This document shows, piece after piece, positions 39,972 to 48,824 of a stretch of DNA of 64,000 nucleotides; within the stretch, counting starts at the first letter, position 1, and every line of letters begins with the position of its first letter. The position numbers and the translations under genes were made by a program. The notes beneath the pieces are model-generated. The model had not been told where the DNA came from, did no database searches, and saw nothing but the letters and a program-made list of their open reading frames with translations. This DNA is from a bacterium (GTDB lineage Archaea; Thermoplasmatota; E2; JACPAO01; JAHFTW01). The stretch lies in NCBI GenBank assembly GCA_040390065.1, contig JAZJZE010000005.1, positions 373,170 through 437,169 on the forward strand, given 5' to 3'.

Positions 39972-41415
39972 CGCGGACCTTCCCCTTGACCTTCGTCGGT
40001 GCCGTCTTCTTGACCTGCTTTGCCTCGCCGGTGGGCGCGTCAGCTGCGGCGGGCACGAGGCTGCCATTCTTGAGCATCCATGTGGGGTTCTCCCGCGCAA
40101 ATTGCTCGAACACCTCGCTGGCATCCCGCAACTTGAGGTCCTTGGCCGTTACCAGACCCTTGCTCTTGATTGTGGCCTCAATCGTGGGTTTGAGCTTCTT
40201 GTAAAGGGGACGCAGCTTTGCGTCCTTGAGAGTGTCGCGGAATCCCGACGAAAGTTGTTCGAAACGTGGTCGCCAGTCGTTCAGGTAAGGCGCGACCGGG
40301 CCGCCGGCGATGGGCAGGGCCGCGGGACCACCGAAGGTTTCCACGTAGAGGCCCCAGGCCTCGGTTCCGCCTTCTTGCTTGGAAACCTGCGCTTCCAGTT
40401 CTGCAAGGGCAGCGCCCGCCAAGTCCACGAGTTGGGCACGCAGCGTGGGGATGCGACCGACCTGCAGGGGAGAATGGAGGGAGTCAATGGCCATGCTCAG
40501 TTCTTGGATTCGGTCCTGAGTCGCCCTTGCCAAGAGCGGGCGGCCGGGGGATTCATTGAGTTCTAGGAGCGCCCGCAAGAGTTCGTTGCGGCCGCGATCG
40601 AAGCCTTCCTTGAGTCTCCCCTCGAGGGCCCTCCCGCCATCGCGCAGATAGGTTAGAGCCGCCAGGACATTTCCTGATTCCATGGCTTTGAGAGCTTGCT
40701 CCCTTAGTGCCACTGCCGATGCCGATTCCTTGTATTCGGCTTCCACGGAGCGAATTGCTCCTTGCAAGCCGTCATTTGCAGACCGGGCGATTTCGTGCAA
40801 GGCACCGTGCAGTTTCTCGAGGGCGTCCTTGGGGTCGCTGGCAACTTGGCTCGCCGGCGGGAGCGGTTTGCCCCACCCCATTTTTTCAAGGTCACGAATC
40901 AGGGGTTGCGCGGCGGACCGCAGGGCATCCGTTCCCTGCCGGATGATGACGTCAGCATTCGCTCGTGCGGCGGCCAGCTTCGTGCGTTGACGGTTGAGAA
41001 GCGCCAGATCCATTTCGTCCTGGCGCCGGGCATTAGCTTCGAGGGGCTGATCGGCATGTTCCGATTGGCGCAGATACGGCTCCAGGTCCGCGCGGATGGG
41101 GGCCAAGCTGGGGAGGGTTTCGCGGCTTGCCCCAAGCAAACGGGCTGCGGAACCCAGGCGACTTTCAAGAGCGTTGAATTGCTGGATGAATTCCGCTAGT
41201 TCCCGGGCCTTGAGTTGAACCGGAAGACTGTATTTGTTCATCGAGACCATGCTTCGCTTCATCAGCAGAATCCCAACGCCGATCAAGATGGGGCTTCCCA
41301 GCAAAGCGAACCCGGCGATCTTGTTCCCGGTGTCCATGAAAAAGGCGCCCAGGGCGAGGAGCGCCACGGCCGTGCCTGCCGAGGATACAGCAATGATTTT
41401 CGTTTCGTTGTTCAT
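39964..41415 (-). CDS. Two-TM anchored coiled-coil protein with possible C-terminal winged helix
   Basis: Two N-terminal TMs, long helical region, TIEATIKSKGLVTAKDL...WMLKNGSL. Confidence 0.65.
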   Translation of the reverse strand: MNNETKIIAVSSAGTAVALLALGAFFMDTGNKIAGFALLGSPILIGVGILLMKRSMVSMNKYSLPVQLKARELAEFIQQFNALESRLGSAARLLGASRETLPSLAPIRADLEPYLRQSEHADQPLEANARRQDEMDLALLNRQRTKLAAARANADVIIRQGTDALRSAAQPLIRDLEKMGWGKPLPPASQVASDPKDALEKLHGALHEIARSANDGLQGAIRSVEAEYKESASAVALREQALKAMESGNVLAALTYLRDGGRALEGRLKEGFDRGRNELLRALLELNESPGRPLLARATQDRIQELSMAIDSLHSPLQVGRIPTLRAQLVDLAGAALAELEAQVSKQEGGTEAWGLYVETFGGPAALPIAGGPVAPYLNDWRPRFEQLSSGFRDTLKDAKLRPLYKKLKPTIEATIKSKGLVTAKDLKLRDASEVFEQFARENPTWMLKNGSLVPAAADAPTGEAKQVKKTAPTKVKGKVRDG

Positions 41416-41419
41416 GGGG

Positions 41420-42733
41420 TCATCTCAGCAGAACCTGGAATAGGCGAAGCAATCCAAACGGCAAGGCAATGGCTGCCCCGACAACAAGGGCGACAAGGCA
41501 GCCGATTGCCGCGAATTTGGTGGCGTCGAGGGCACGGAAGCCCGCGTCGTAGCCAATCCATCGGGCAACTTTGGTTTTCCATCGGCGCCCCCAGACCCAC
41601 GTGCCCGCCGTCGCTGCCAGGGCACCGCTTGCAGCGGTAAGGCCAATGCCCATGGACAGTTGCCAACGGGCCCCCTGCAGAGCGGTCTCTGCGGAATCAA
41701 AGCGAGTTTGTGAGGTCTCGCGAAACGCTTGGTCGACCTCGGAATCAATCGTTGCAACCGCCGTCTTGACCGTCGCCAGTTGGTCCCAGGTTGGCAGCGG
41801 GCTTTGGTCCATCTGGAAACCTTCGATTTTTGAGCGAATGGCTGCCACGGTTCCGGTCGGTGCTCGCACGGTCTTGTTGTATGTTCGCCATGCCTTCTCG
41901 GCCATGGTTGCGTTACTGCTGTTCCTGATGTCGTGGATGGCAGTTGCGGCCGTGGAATTTAGGCTTTCAACAAGGGAGCGAAGCTCTCCGTATGCAGCGC
42001 GATCACCGGAAGGAATACAGAAGGGGGCCTTTCCAAGCGCCCGTTCAACCGGGTAGGCGAGTGCGAGAGTTTCCGTTCCGGACGGGCAATCCGCGAACGG
42101 GCAGGAAGCAGATGTGATCTTGCCCGCTGCCACTGATGTTCCGTTCCATGTGGCACGCCACTGGAACTCGACGGATCCGGAGGTTGCGCTGCCACCCGAC
42201 AGCGGAATCGCAACCCGGCTCGTCCCATTGTTTGCCGCTAGGGGAACCACCTGTTGGAGCGTGGAGCCCTTCCATGTCCCCACAGCGTCGACGTGTAGCT
42301 CTGTATCGAGCCTTGCAACCAAGTTGCCGGCGTGTATTGTAAACTCAGCCTGCCCGCCCCGCGTGAACGGGCACGGAGGCGCATCGACGCTGACCAGGTA
42401 CGGAATGTTCGGCCGGAGCGGCAAGGTCGATACCGTATTGTTGGCCGCCACGGCGACTTGCTCGATGGCCAGCGCGTTCGAGCCGTTCCTAATGATCAAG
42501 GTAGAAACGCCCGGAGCGAGACTAAGCGTCATTGATGTCCCGGTAACTGGGAGAGTTTGATTTGCAGTGCCGCGGTGTTCCACAACGAGTTCGAGAGGCT
42601 GGCCACCCGGGAAGCCATCCAGCTGGACTGCAAGGTTCGCCGTCACCGCCGGAAGACCCGAGCTGCCGCCAACAACGGCTGCGCTAGCCAACAAGATGCA
42701 GAGGGGTAGCAGGGCGAGCCGAACACGGTTCAC
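41420..42733 (-). CDS. Secreted Ig-like plus helical protein with two C-terminal TMs
   Basis: Signal peptide from GTG 42733, several N-x-S/T sequons, two hydrophobic C-terminal segments. Confidence 0.65.
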   Translation of the reverse strand: MNRVRLALLPLCILLASAAVVGGSSGLPAVTANLAVQLDGFPGGQPLELVVEHRGTANQTLPVTGTSMTLSLAPGVSTLIIRNGSNALAIEQVAVAANNTVSTLPLRPNIPYLVSVDAPPCPFTRGGQAEFTIHAGNLVARLDTELHVDAVGTWKGSTLQQVVPLAANNGTSRVAIPLSGGSATSGSVEFQWRATWNGTSVAAGKITSASCPFADCPSGTETLALAYPVERALGKAPFCIPSGDRAAYGELRSLVESLNSTAATAIHDIRNSSNATMAEKAWRTYNKTVRAPTGTVAAIRSKIEGFQMDQSPLPTWDQLATVKTAVATIDSEVDQAFRETSQTRFDSAETALQGARWQLSMGIGLTAASGALAATAGTWVWGRRWKTKVARWIGYDAGFRALDATKFAAIGCLVALVVGAAIALPFGLLRLFQVLLR

Positions 42734-43020
42734 TTTCCAGCCTCCAATTCCCGCTTGAAGCGTCGGCCAATCAGAGGGCCCGCAAGCCCGAAGCCAGCGG
42801 CGATTCCGAGGCAGGCGCCCACAACCCATGCTATCCAGGCAGGTTGAAGAGAGTCGGCCGCCCCTTGGGCGTCGGCCTGGCCTTGAGATTCGCTAGCAAT
42901 TTCGTCCGGTCCGTTTCCGCTTAGACCCGGCCGATGCAGGGGCGACAGCACGAGCAGTAGGAGCAGAGCCAAGGCCGCCGTTCCCAGCAAGAATCCCAAA
43001 AATGGCCAGCCCTTCGTCAC
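42730..43020 (-). CDS. Small two-TM protein
   Basis: Two TMs; GTGA overlaps with both neighbours. Confidence 0.6.
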   Translation of the reverse strand: MTKGWPFLGFLLGTAALALLLLLVLSPLHRPGLSGNGPDEIASESQGQADAQGAADSLQPAWIAWVVGACLGIAAGFGLAGPLIGRRFKRELEAGK

Positions 43021-44291
43021 AGACCAAGGACCCCCCCCGCATTGTAGCGCATTGCGAGGTCACTGATCTGCTGCAACCGCGTGAGCTGCTTGCGCTCAAA
43101 GGTAAGAAGCGTGTTGACGCTCACAATCGGTCGACGGCCAATGGTGATGCCAAAATGGGTTTCTTGTAGCCGGGACATCTTCCCAAGCTTCGCCTCAACC
43201 TGCCCTGTCTGCGGGAAAAAGCGCGGGTTCTTCGCGAGATTTAGAGGGAGTCGCACGAGGCCGAGGTTCTTCTGGGCCTCCTCCGGACGTACGTCCTGAA
43301 TGCTTTGCTTTCGCAATGCCACCTCGAGGAGGGCGGTGCAGTCCACATTCCGGCGGCCGAGACCTGGCAGCAGGTAGCCTCGGTACTTTCGCGTGGTATC
43401 CGCGGCCCAGCCGATGCTAGCGTAGCCCGGACGGCGGCCCCGGTCTCCTGTCCCGAAGCTGATTGCGCTTGCTATGTCGCGTACATCCGTCACCTTGAGC
43501 GACATGTTGCCAGCCTTGGCCAAGTCGAGGTCGTCCAGTAGGTGGGCAGCAAGTAAGTCGGCCATAGCCCGCGCGACGTAGGCATTGAAGTCTGGGAAAA
43601 GCCGCTCCACTTCGCCTGCATAAGCGAGGCGCTCGTTATCCACTAGGATGAAACCGTCGGCGACCTTTTCCAGTTCATCGAGGGCGAAGATCGTGTTCCA
43701 TGCCTGACGGTGGGTCCCGCGGGCACCGTCCTCGGAACCTTCGTGCGTCGCCGGCAGAATGCCGACCACGATGATAGTCGTCCGGCCGGCTGAGGCCTCT
43801 CGCAGGGCCTTGGCAATCAATGCGGCGGTGCCACACCCGGTGCCGCCCCCAAAACCAAGGAACAGAACGGCGTCTGGAATCGTACCGACGTCCTGCTCGG
43901 TCACCTCCCATTCATCGCCGTCAGTGGCGACGTTTCTGGTCTTGCTGGTCAGGTTCGCGGCGCCGGTCTCGCGCGCAGCGAAATCCTTGAAGAAGGCGAT
44001 GAGGGCTTCCATGTTCTTGCCAATGCGCTCCTGCGCCAGTCGCGGGTCTTTTCCAAATCCGCCAACGACCATCGATTCGATGCCAGGAGTGGGGCCTGGA
44101 ACGATTCCCTTGGTTTCAGAAAGGCCCAGCCAGTTGGAACGCGGAATATGCTTGAGAGATTGAAGGTCCTTGATCGTGGAGTTGATTGCCAAGGGCTTGT
44201 GCGCCTTGGAGAAGTGCTTGAAATGCTGGGGGTCCATCATTTGATCCACAATGGCTCCGCCAGCTTGTCCAATTCCAATCAGTAGTGTCAT
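43017..44291 (-). CDS. Tubulin/FtsZ-family (CetZ-like) GTPase 1
   Basis: IGIGQAGGAIVD, AINST, GGFGKDP, FGGGTGCG, GILPA, ILVDNE, FN, TDVRD; ATGA overlap with the ATPase stop. Confidence 0.9.
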   Translation of the reverse strand: MTLLIGIGQAGGAIVDQMMDPQHFKHFSKAHKPLAINSTIKDLQSLKHIPRSNWLGLSETKGIVPGPTPGIESMVVGGFGKDPRLAQERIGKNMEALIAFFKDFAARETGAANLTSKTRNVATDGDEWEVTEQDVGTIPDAVLFLGFGGGTGCGTAALIAKALREASAGRTTIIVVGILPATHEGSEDGARGTHRQAWNTIFALDELEKVADGFILVDNERLAYAGEVERLFPDFNAYVARAMADLLAAHLLDDLDLAKAGNMSLKVTDVRDIASAISFGTGDRGRRPGYASIGWAADTTRKYRGYLLPGLGRRNVDCTALLEVALRKQSIQDVRPEEAQKNLGLVRLPLNLAKNPRFFPQTGQVEAKLGKMSRLQETHFGITIGRRPIVSVNTLLTFERKQLTRLQQISDLAMRYNAGGVLGL

Positions 44292-45493
44292 GTCTTGCCT
44301 CCCGATGACTGCGAAGATGCATAGTTCTCGTAGTATTGCAACTGCTCGGGTTTCAACGCGGCAGGAACACTTCGCATCGCTTTCTCGAAGTGTGCCCACG
44401 TCAAGGGAAGCGTGCGCAACTTTTCGCCTGACTTGAAGTCGGCGCTTGCGTCCCCCAGGCTCGGATTCGCGTCCTGCAGCATGGCATGCACGGCGTCGTC
44501 GCAGAGGTTCTTGAGGTCCCGACCGGAATAGCGCTCCGTCCTTGAGACAAGCTGGGCTAGGTCGAAGGCAAGTTCGTGTCCCCGGGTTTCTAGCCGGACA
44601 ATCTGCTGGCGCGCCGCCGCGTCGGGTAGAGGCACGTACACCTTTTTCTTGAACCTGCTACGGATTGCGTCCGAAATCTCATCAGGCCGATTCGTGGTGG
44701 CAATCGTGATGACTTTGGGCGGACCTCCCTTCGCCGAGAAGCCGTCCAGCATTTGCAGGAACGTATCGTGCAGCTGGGTAGCAACCTCATGGCTGCCTTC
44801 CGTATGGCGGCCTAGCCGCGTGAACTCGTCCAAGAAAACGATGCTCGGTGCCCGCTGCTCCGCCTTCTTGTAGAGGGTGGTGAGAAGCTTTCCCGAATCA
44901 CCGACCCATTTTGATTCAAGATTGGCCAGGTTGACGTTGAAGAACGTCATGCCGTTCGCTGAAGCCGCCGCGCTCGCCAAGAGAGTCTTGCCGGTCCCTG
45001 GCGGACCGTACATCAGAATCTTGTCTGGTACTCCGATTTTCAGGCCTTCTGGCTTTTCACGGAAGAACATCTGGATGGCGCTCACAATGGTGCGCTTGGT
45101 TTCTTCGAGACCAGCGATGTCTTCCCAGCGGGTCTTGGACGTTTCAATCATCGCTTCAATGCGGCGATCCAAGCTTCCCTGGTCTTCGTCTTCCTCGGAT
45201 GCAGGACTGCCCGCCTTGTCGTCACGAGTCCTGGTCCTGGAATTTCCGGGTGGAGGTCGTGGAGGGCTACGGAGATTAGCGGCTCGGTCTCGCAATTGTT
45301 GAACACGAATTCTTGCTTGTCCTTGCGTATAGGCCGTGCGAGCGAGCTTTGCGACCTTGTCGGCTTGGGCAGCCGCCTCGTCATACGCATTAGCGGCACC
45401 GGCAGGATCGTGCCCTTCGAGTGACGACGCGCGCGCAATGGCCGCCCGCATCTTCTCTTCGGCGATGGAGACCGCCAATTCCTCCATGCCCAT
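44288..45493 (-). CDS. Vps4/CdvC-type AAA+ ATPase with N-terminal MIT domain
   Basis: MIT-like AANAYDEAA...LRDRAANL; WEDIAGLE, GPPGTGKT, SKWVGDS, IVFLDE, TTNRP...AIRSRF, VPLPD, YSGRDL. Confidence 0.9.
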   Translation of the reverse strand: MGMEELAVSIAEEKMRAAIARASSLEGHDPAGAANAYDEAAAQADKVAKLARTAYTQGQARIRVQQLRDRAANLRSPPRPPPGNSRTRTRDDKAGSPASEEDEDQGSLDRRIEAMIETSKTRWEDIAGLEETKRTIVSAIQMFFREKPEGLKIGVPDKILMYGPPGTGKTLLASAAASANGMTFFNVNLANLESKWVGDSGKLLTTLYKKAEQRAPSIVFLDEFTRLGRHTEGSHEVATQLHDTFLQMLDGFSAKGGPPKVITIATTNRPDEISDAIRSRFKKKVYVPLPDAAARQQIVRLETRGHELAFDLAQLVSRTERYSGRDLKNLCDDAVHAMLQDANPSLGDASADFKSGEKLRTLPLTWAHFEKAMRSVPAALKPEQLQYYENYASSQSSGGKT

Positions 45494-45500
45494 CGCGGAC

Positions 45501-46082
45501 TCAGCTCCGCAGAGGGTCGGCAACCTTCAGGCGCGAGTTGAGAGCATCGTCAATCTTCTCCGGCGGGAGGGATTCCAGCTCCGTCATGATGCTCATGAAG
45601 TTTGAGTTGTTCATTTCGGAAGAAGCCGAGAGCGCGTCCTGCGATTGCTCGATTTGCTCCGCGAGTCCGGCAAGGCGAATGCCAATTTTCTGCTCGCCCT
45701 TCGCCAAGTCACGGATGCTGTGACTCAGATCGCTCATCGTTTTCGCACCAACAATTTTCTTGAGGGCCTTCAGGGCACCTTCCGTCTCAAGCTCCTGGGC
45801 CTCGTAGCTGCTCTTGATGGCCGTGGCCGCGGAATAGACGGCAATCTTGTAGGAAACTGCACGCTGCGTTGAACGGGCGGAGCTGTAGAACCCCTGGACC
45901 TGGGCGGCAATGAGTTGTTTGGAGGAGTTCGGCGCGCCGATGGCCTTCTTCATGAGGTCGCGAGCCTTCTTGTCGGCCTGCTCGATTTGACGGGACTTGA
46001 TGTTGATGTCCGCATTCAAGTCGAAGATCAGGTCATCCAGTTGCTCGATTTTCTTAGAGGTCTTTTTTCCGAAGAGGCCCAT
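45501..46082 (-). CDS. ESCRT-III (Snf7/Vps24-like) protein
   Basis: MGLFGKK amphipathic N-terminus, helical body, C-terminal DDALNSRLK (MIM1-like); adjacent to the Vps4-type ATPase. Confidence 0.7.
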   Translation of the reverse strand: MGLFGKKTSKKIEQLDDLIFDLNADINIKSRQIEQADKKARDLMKKAIGAPNSSKQLIAAQVQGFYSSARSTQRAVSYKIAVYSAATAIKSSYEAQELETEGALKALKKIVGAKTMSDLSHSIRDLAKGEQKIGIRLAGLAEQIEQSQDALSASSEMNNSNFMSIMTELESLPPEKIDDALNSRLKVADPLRS

Positions 46083-46086
46083 GTAG

Positions 46087-46671
46087 TCACTCCCGTCCCT
46101 GTGGCTTTGTCTTGGTAGATTTGTTGGTGGCTGGCTCTTCCGCCTTCTTCGTCGGCGCGGGCGCCGAGTTGATCATGCGCTCTTCCTCCGACAGTTCCCC
46201 GGAACCAGCTCCAGTCCCCTCAGAAAGTCGGCCGCGACGCTGCTCCGTCTGTGCCCGGGCCTTCTCCACTTCCTTCTGGCGGCCCTCGAGAGCCTTGCCA
46301 AGCTCGTGATCAGACATTTTTCCAGTTACCTTGTCGAGTCGCTTCGCACCGCGCACCGCCTCGGTCCCGCGGCGCTGCTCAATGAGAGCAGTCACGGTTT
46401 CTTGCTGGGCCAACAAAGCATCGAAATCCTGCTGGAGGCGTTCAATTTGGGGGCGCAGTTGGCGTGCCTTGCTCGCTCGCAAGCGAACGTCGTTGTCCGT
46501 TTCCTCGGGGCGTCGACCGGAAAGCAATGCATCGTACTGCGCTCGGAGCTGCTTGAGTTGGGCGTTCGTACCGTCCGCCCTTACGCCGAGCCGCGTTTCC
46601 TCGTCCGCTAGCTTGTCAAGCGACAATTTGTCCAACTTTTTCGAAGGATCTGAGCGGCCAAATGGAATCAT
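46087..46671 (-). CDS. ESCRT-III-like coiled-coil protein, first gene of the operon
   Basis: MIPFG N-terminus, long charged helical hairpin, 194 aa, context. Confidence 0.55.
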   Translation of the reverse strand: MIPFGRSDPSKKLDKLSLDKLADEETRLGVRADGTNAQLKQLRAQYDALLSGRRPEETDNDVRLRASKARQLRPQIERLQQDFDALLAQQETVTALIEQRRGTEAVRGAKRLDKVTGKMSDHELGKALEGRQKEVEKARAQTEQRRGRLSEGTGAGSGELSEEERMINSAPAPTKKAEEPATNKSTKTKPQGRE

Positions 46672-46880
46672 GACATTGACTCCCGGGTTGCGGGCCCGAA
46701 TGCGACCTGCAACTCCTGCGGCAGCTGGACCAGGCTAGCGCCGAAACAGCGTCCCCGGACCAAGGCAGAAAGCAAGCAAATCAACAGACAGGACCATCCG
46801 GTATAACGGTTGGGGTTCCCCGTCAGGAGAGGGCGCGGGGCGAGCTTCATTCGGCTGCGCTCTGGGAGCGCTCCGGCGGC

Positions 46881-47648
46881 ATGCTTATGCCATACGGCCA
46901 GCGTGTACAGGGCGTGGCGGAAGCGCAGCGCCGGTGCCCATTTTGCAAGAGCACCATGGTCCCGAATCGCATGGCTTCTGGGGCCCTGCGTTGCTCCGTC
47001 TGCGACAATACGGGCGTGGTGCGCGAGAATGCGCCATCGACGGTTGTCGTCGTTGCAGCCAACCCCGCGCCCGCGCCACCTCCGCCCGTTGTTCTAGCCG
47101 AACAACCGGCGGCATCGGCCTGGGCCCCCCAGGTCCCGGTGCAAGCCACCACGTTTGCTGAATCGGCTCCGTCTTGGGAACAAGTCCCCGAAGCACCGGC
47201 GCAGTGGCAACCCGCCCCGCCCGCTTGGACACCACCTGCGTCTTCCAGTCAGGGGTCCGGGTTTGCTCGGCTTTCAGGCGGGCAGAAGACGGCCGTCGTT
47301 TGCAGTGGCCTCATGGCCATCGGGGCGCTGGGCCCATGGATTGAGATCTTGGGTTTCAGCGTGTCCGGAACAAAAGGCGACGGTTGGTTCATTGCGGGGC
47401 TGGCAGCCGCGGCCGGCTTGACGCTTCTTTTCGCAAACAAGGCCTCGACGAGGAAGGGTGTGGCGGCAACCTGCTTTGCCGTGGGGCTCGTCATTGTCCT
47501 GGTAGAGTTTGGTCAGCTTCAGAGTAAGATTGGAAACACGAGTCTGCAACTTTCGGATTTCCTCAGTTGGGGGTTGCCCCTGGCGCTAATCTCCGGCATT
47601 ATCGGGTTCATTGGGTCCCTCCAATCGCCTCGGTACAAAGGTCAGTAG
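46881..47648 (+). CDS. Zn-ribbon / Pro-rich linker / four-TM membrane protein
   Basis: CPFC...CSVCDNTG, PAPPPP, LGPW...GDGW membrane domain. Confidence 0.7.
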   Translation: MLMPYGQRVQGVAEAQRRCPFCKSTMVPNRMASGALRCSVCDNTGVVRENAPSTVVVVAANPAPAPPPPVVLAEQPAASAWAPQVPVQATTFAESAPSWEQVPEAPAQWQPAPPAWTPPASSSQGSGFARLSGGQKTAVVCSGLMAIGALGPWIEILGFSVSGTKGDGWFIAGLAAAAGLTLLFANKASTRKGVAATCFAVGLVIVLVEFGQLQSKIGNTSLQLSDFLSWGLPLALISGIIGFIGSLQSPRYKGQ

Positions 47649-47704
47649 CGCTGGAACGCCAACGTTGAAGAAAAGCTGAAGTGGACGATGCCTGTGCCGG
47701 AGGC

Positions 47705-48217
47705 ATGGCCAGAAATGTATTCGCGGCATCCTTGCTTGTTGTGGTCTTTTCGGCGATGCTCCTGGCCGGATGTGCCAACAACTCTGGCTACCAGCCTCAA
47801 TCCACGTACCAACCCCAGCAGGGGCAGCCGCAGGCACAGCCCCAACCGGCACAGCCGCAGCCACCTCCCCCACCTCCGGCCCAGCCCACGCTGCATTACA
47901 TCGTGCAGAATCACGTTGCGGCCGTAGCCGCGGGTACCGTAGGTTCCTATTCCTTCGAAATCACGGGCGCACCCGTCGACACATACTACCAGTGGACGCG
48001 CTCGGACGACAGCGCCGTTGACACGGGATTCATCCGGGCATCGGACCTTGCTGAATACAAGCAAGGCCAGACCGTTAATGGTTGGGCAATCAATCGACAG
48101 GCTGCGAGCGTCACAGATCACGCCACCCTGCCCGTCGAATCTTACGCCTATATCATCAAGTGCGACAATTCATTTGCCGACTGCGACGGCACGTTCTCAA
48201 TCTACTACTACGCTTGA
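47705..48217 (+). CDS. Lipoprotein with Gln/Pro-rich linker
   Basis: Lipobox LLAGC; QPQ repeats; small beta domain with a Cys pair. Confidence 0.7.
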   Translation: MARNVFAASLLVVVFSAMLLAGCANNSGYQPQSTYQPQQGQPQAQPQPAQPQPPPPPPAQPTLHYIVQNHVAAVAAGTVGSYSFEITGAPVDTYYQWTRSDDSAVDTGFIRASDLAEYKQGQTVNGWAINRQAASVTDHATLPVESYAYIIKCDNSFADCDGTFSIYYYA

Positions 48218-48269
48218 CGGGCGACGGTCAACTGGAAAGAGCCTTGTACGCTCGCCTTCGTCTAGAATC

Positions 48270-48824
48270 GTGGCGGGAGAAGTCGTCTGTCCGTACTGCC
48301 GATCTGCGGTCGCGCCCCTTAGGGACGCTCAAGGCAGACTCGTCTGCCCTGCCTGCATGAACACCGGCCAGGTGCAGGCGGCGTCGGCGTCTGCCAGCAC
48401 GCCAAGACCGGTCCCTCCACCGAACCGAGCGGCCAGCTACGGCGGGAGGTATCCGGCCGATGTCGTGTCGCAGCTCCTCCCCGGCGAGGAGGTTCGCTAT
48501 TTCTCGTACGTAGCGCAGAAAGGCGGATGCATGAGCTCCGCGCCGCGCGACGAACACTGGGTCGCGATGACGAACAAGCGCTTCATGTACAAGGCCCTGG
48601 TTCGTCTCCAGGATCGAAAGACGACGGTCGAAAAAGACGGGGTAATTCCATTGGCCATGGTATCGGTTGTCCAAGTAACGGAAGTCCGCCAAGCCGGTTG
48701 CTCGGGAACGAAATCCTTCCAGCTCATGATTGGATCATCCGGTAACGAGATTGCAATTCCAATTCTGACGCGTGAGAAAGGCGTCGAGGTTCGCAATGCC
48801 TACTCCCAAATCATCCACGGCTAG
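48270..48824 (+). CDS. Zn-ribbon plus PH-like domain protein
   Basis: CPYC...CPACMNTG; LLPGEEV, VAMTNKRF, IPLAMVSVV (bacterial PH-like). Confidence 0.65.
   Translation: MAGEVVCPYCRSAVAPLRDAQGRLVCPACMNTGQVQAASASASTPRPVPPPNRAASYGGRYPADVVSQLLPGEEVRYFSYVAQKGGCMSSAPRDEHWVAMTNKRFMYKALVRLQDRKTTVEKDGVIPLAMVSVVQVTEVRQAGCSGTKSFQLMIGSSGNEIAIPILTREKGVEVRNAYSQIIHG

Noticed and set aside
43017-44291. Canonical cell-division ftsZ
   Set aside because: GQAGG rather than GGGG/GGAG first loop, no NxDFAD T7 loop or C-terminal core peptide, and no division-cluster context
44288-45493. ATPase as FtsH, PAN or Cdc48
   Set aside because: Single AAA module with a short three-helix MIT-like N-terminus; no TM or protease domain, no OB/coiled-coil PAN N-domain, no second AAA ring
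47790-47890. CAGCC-rich repeats as a DNA repeat element
   Set aside because: Explained by the Gln/Pro low-complexity linker of the lipoprotein
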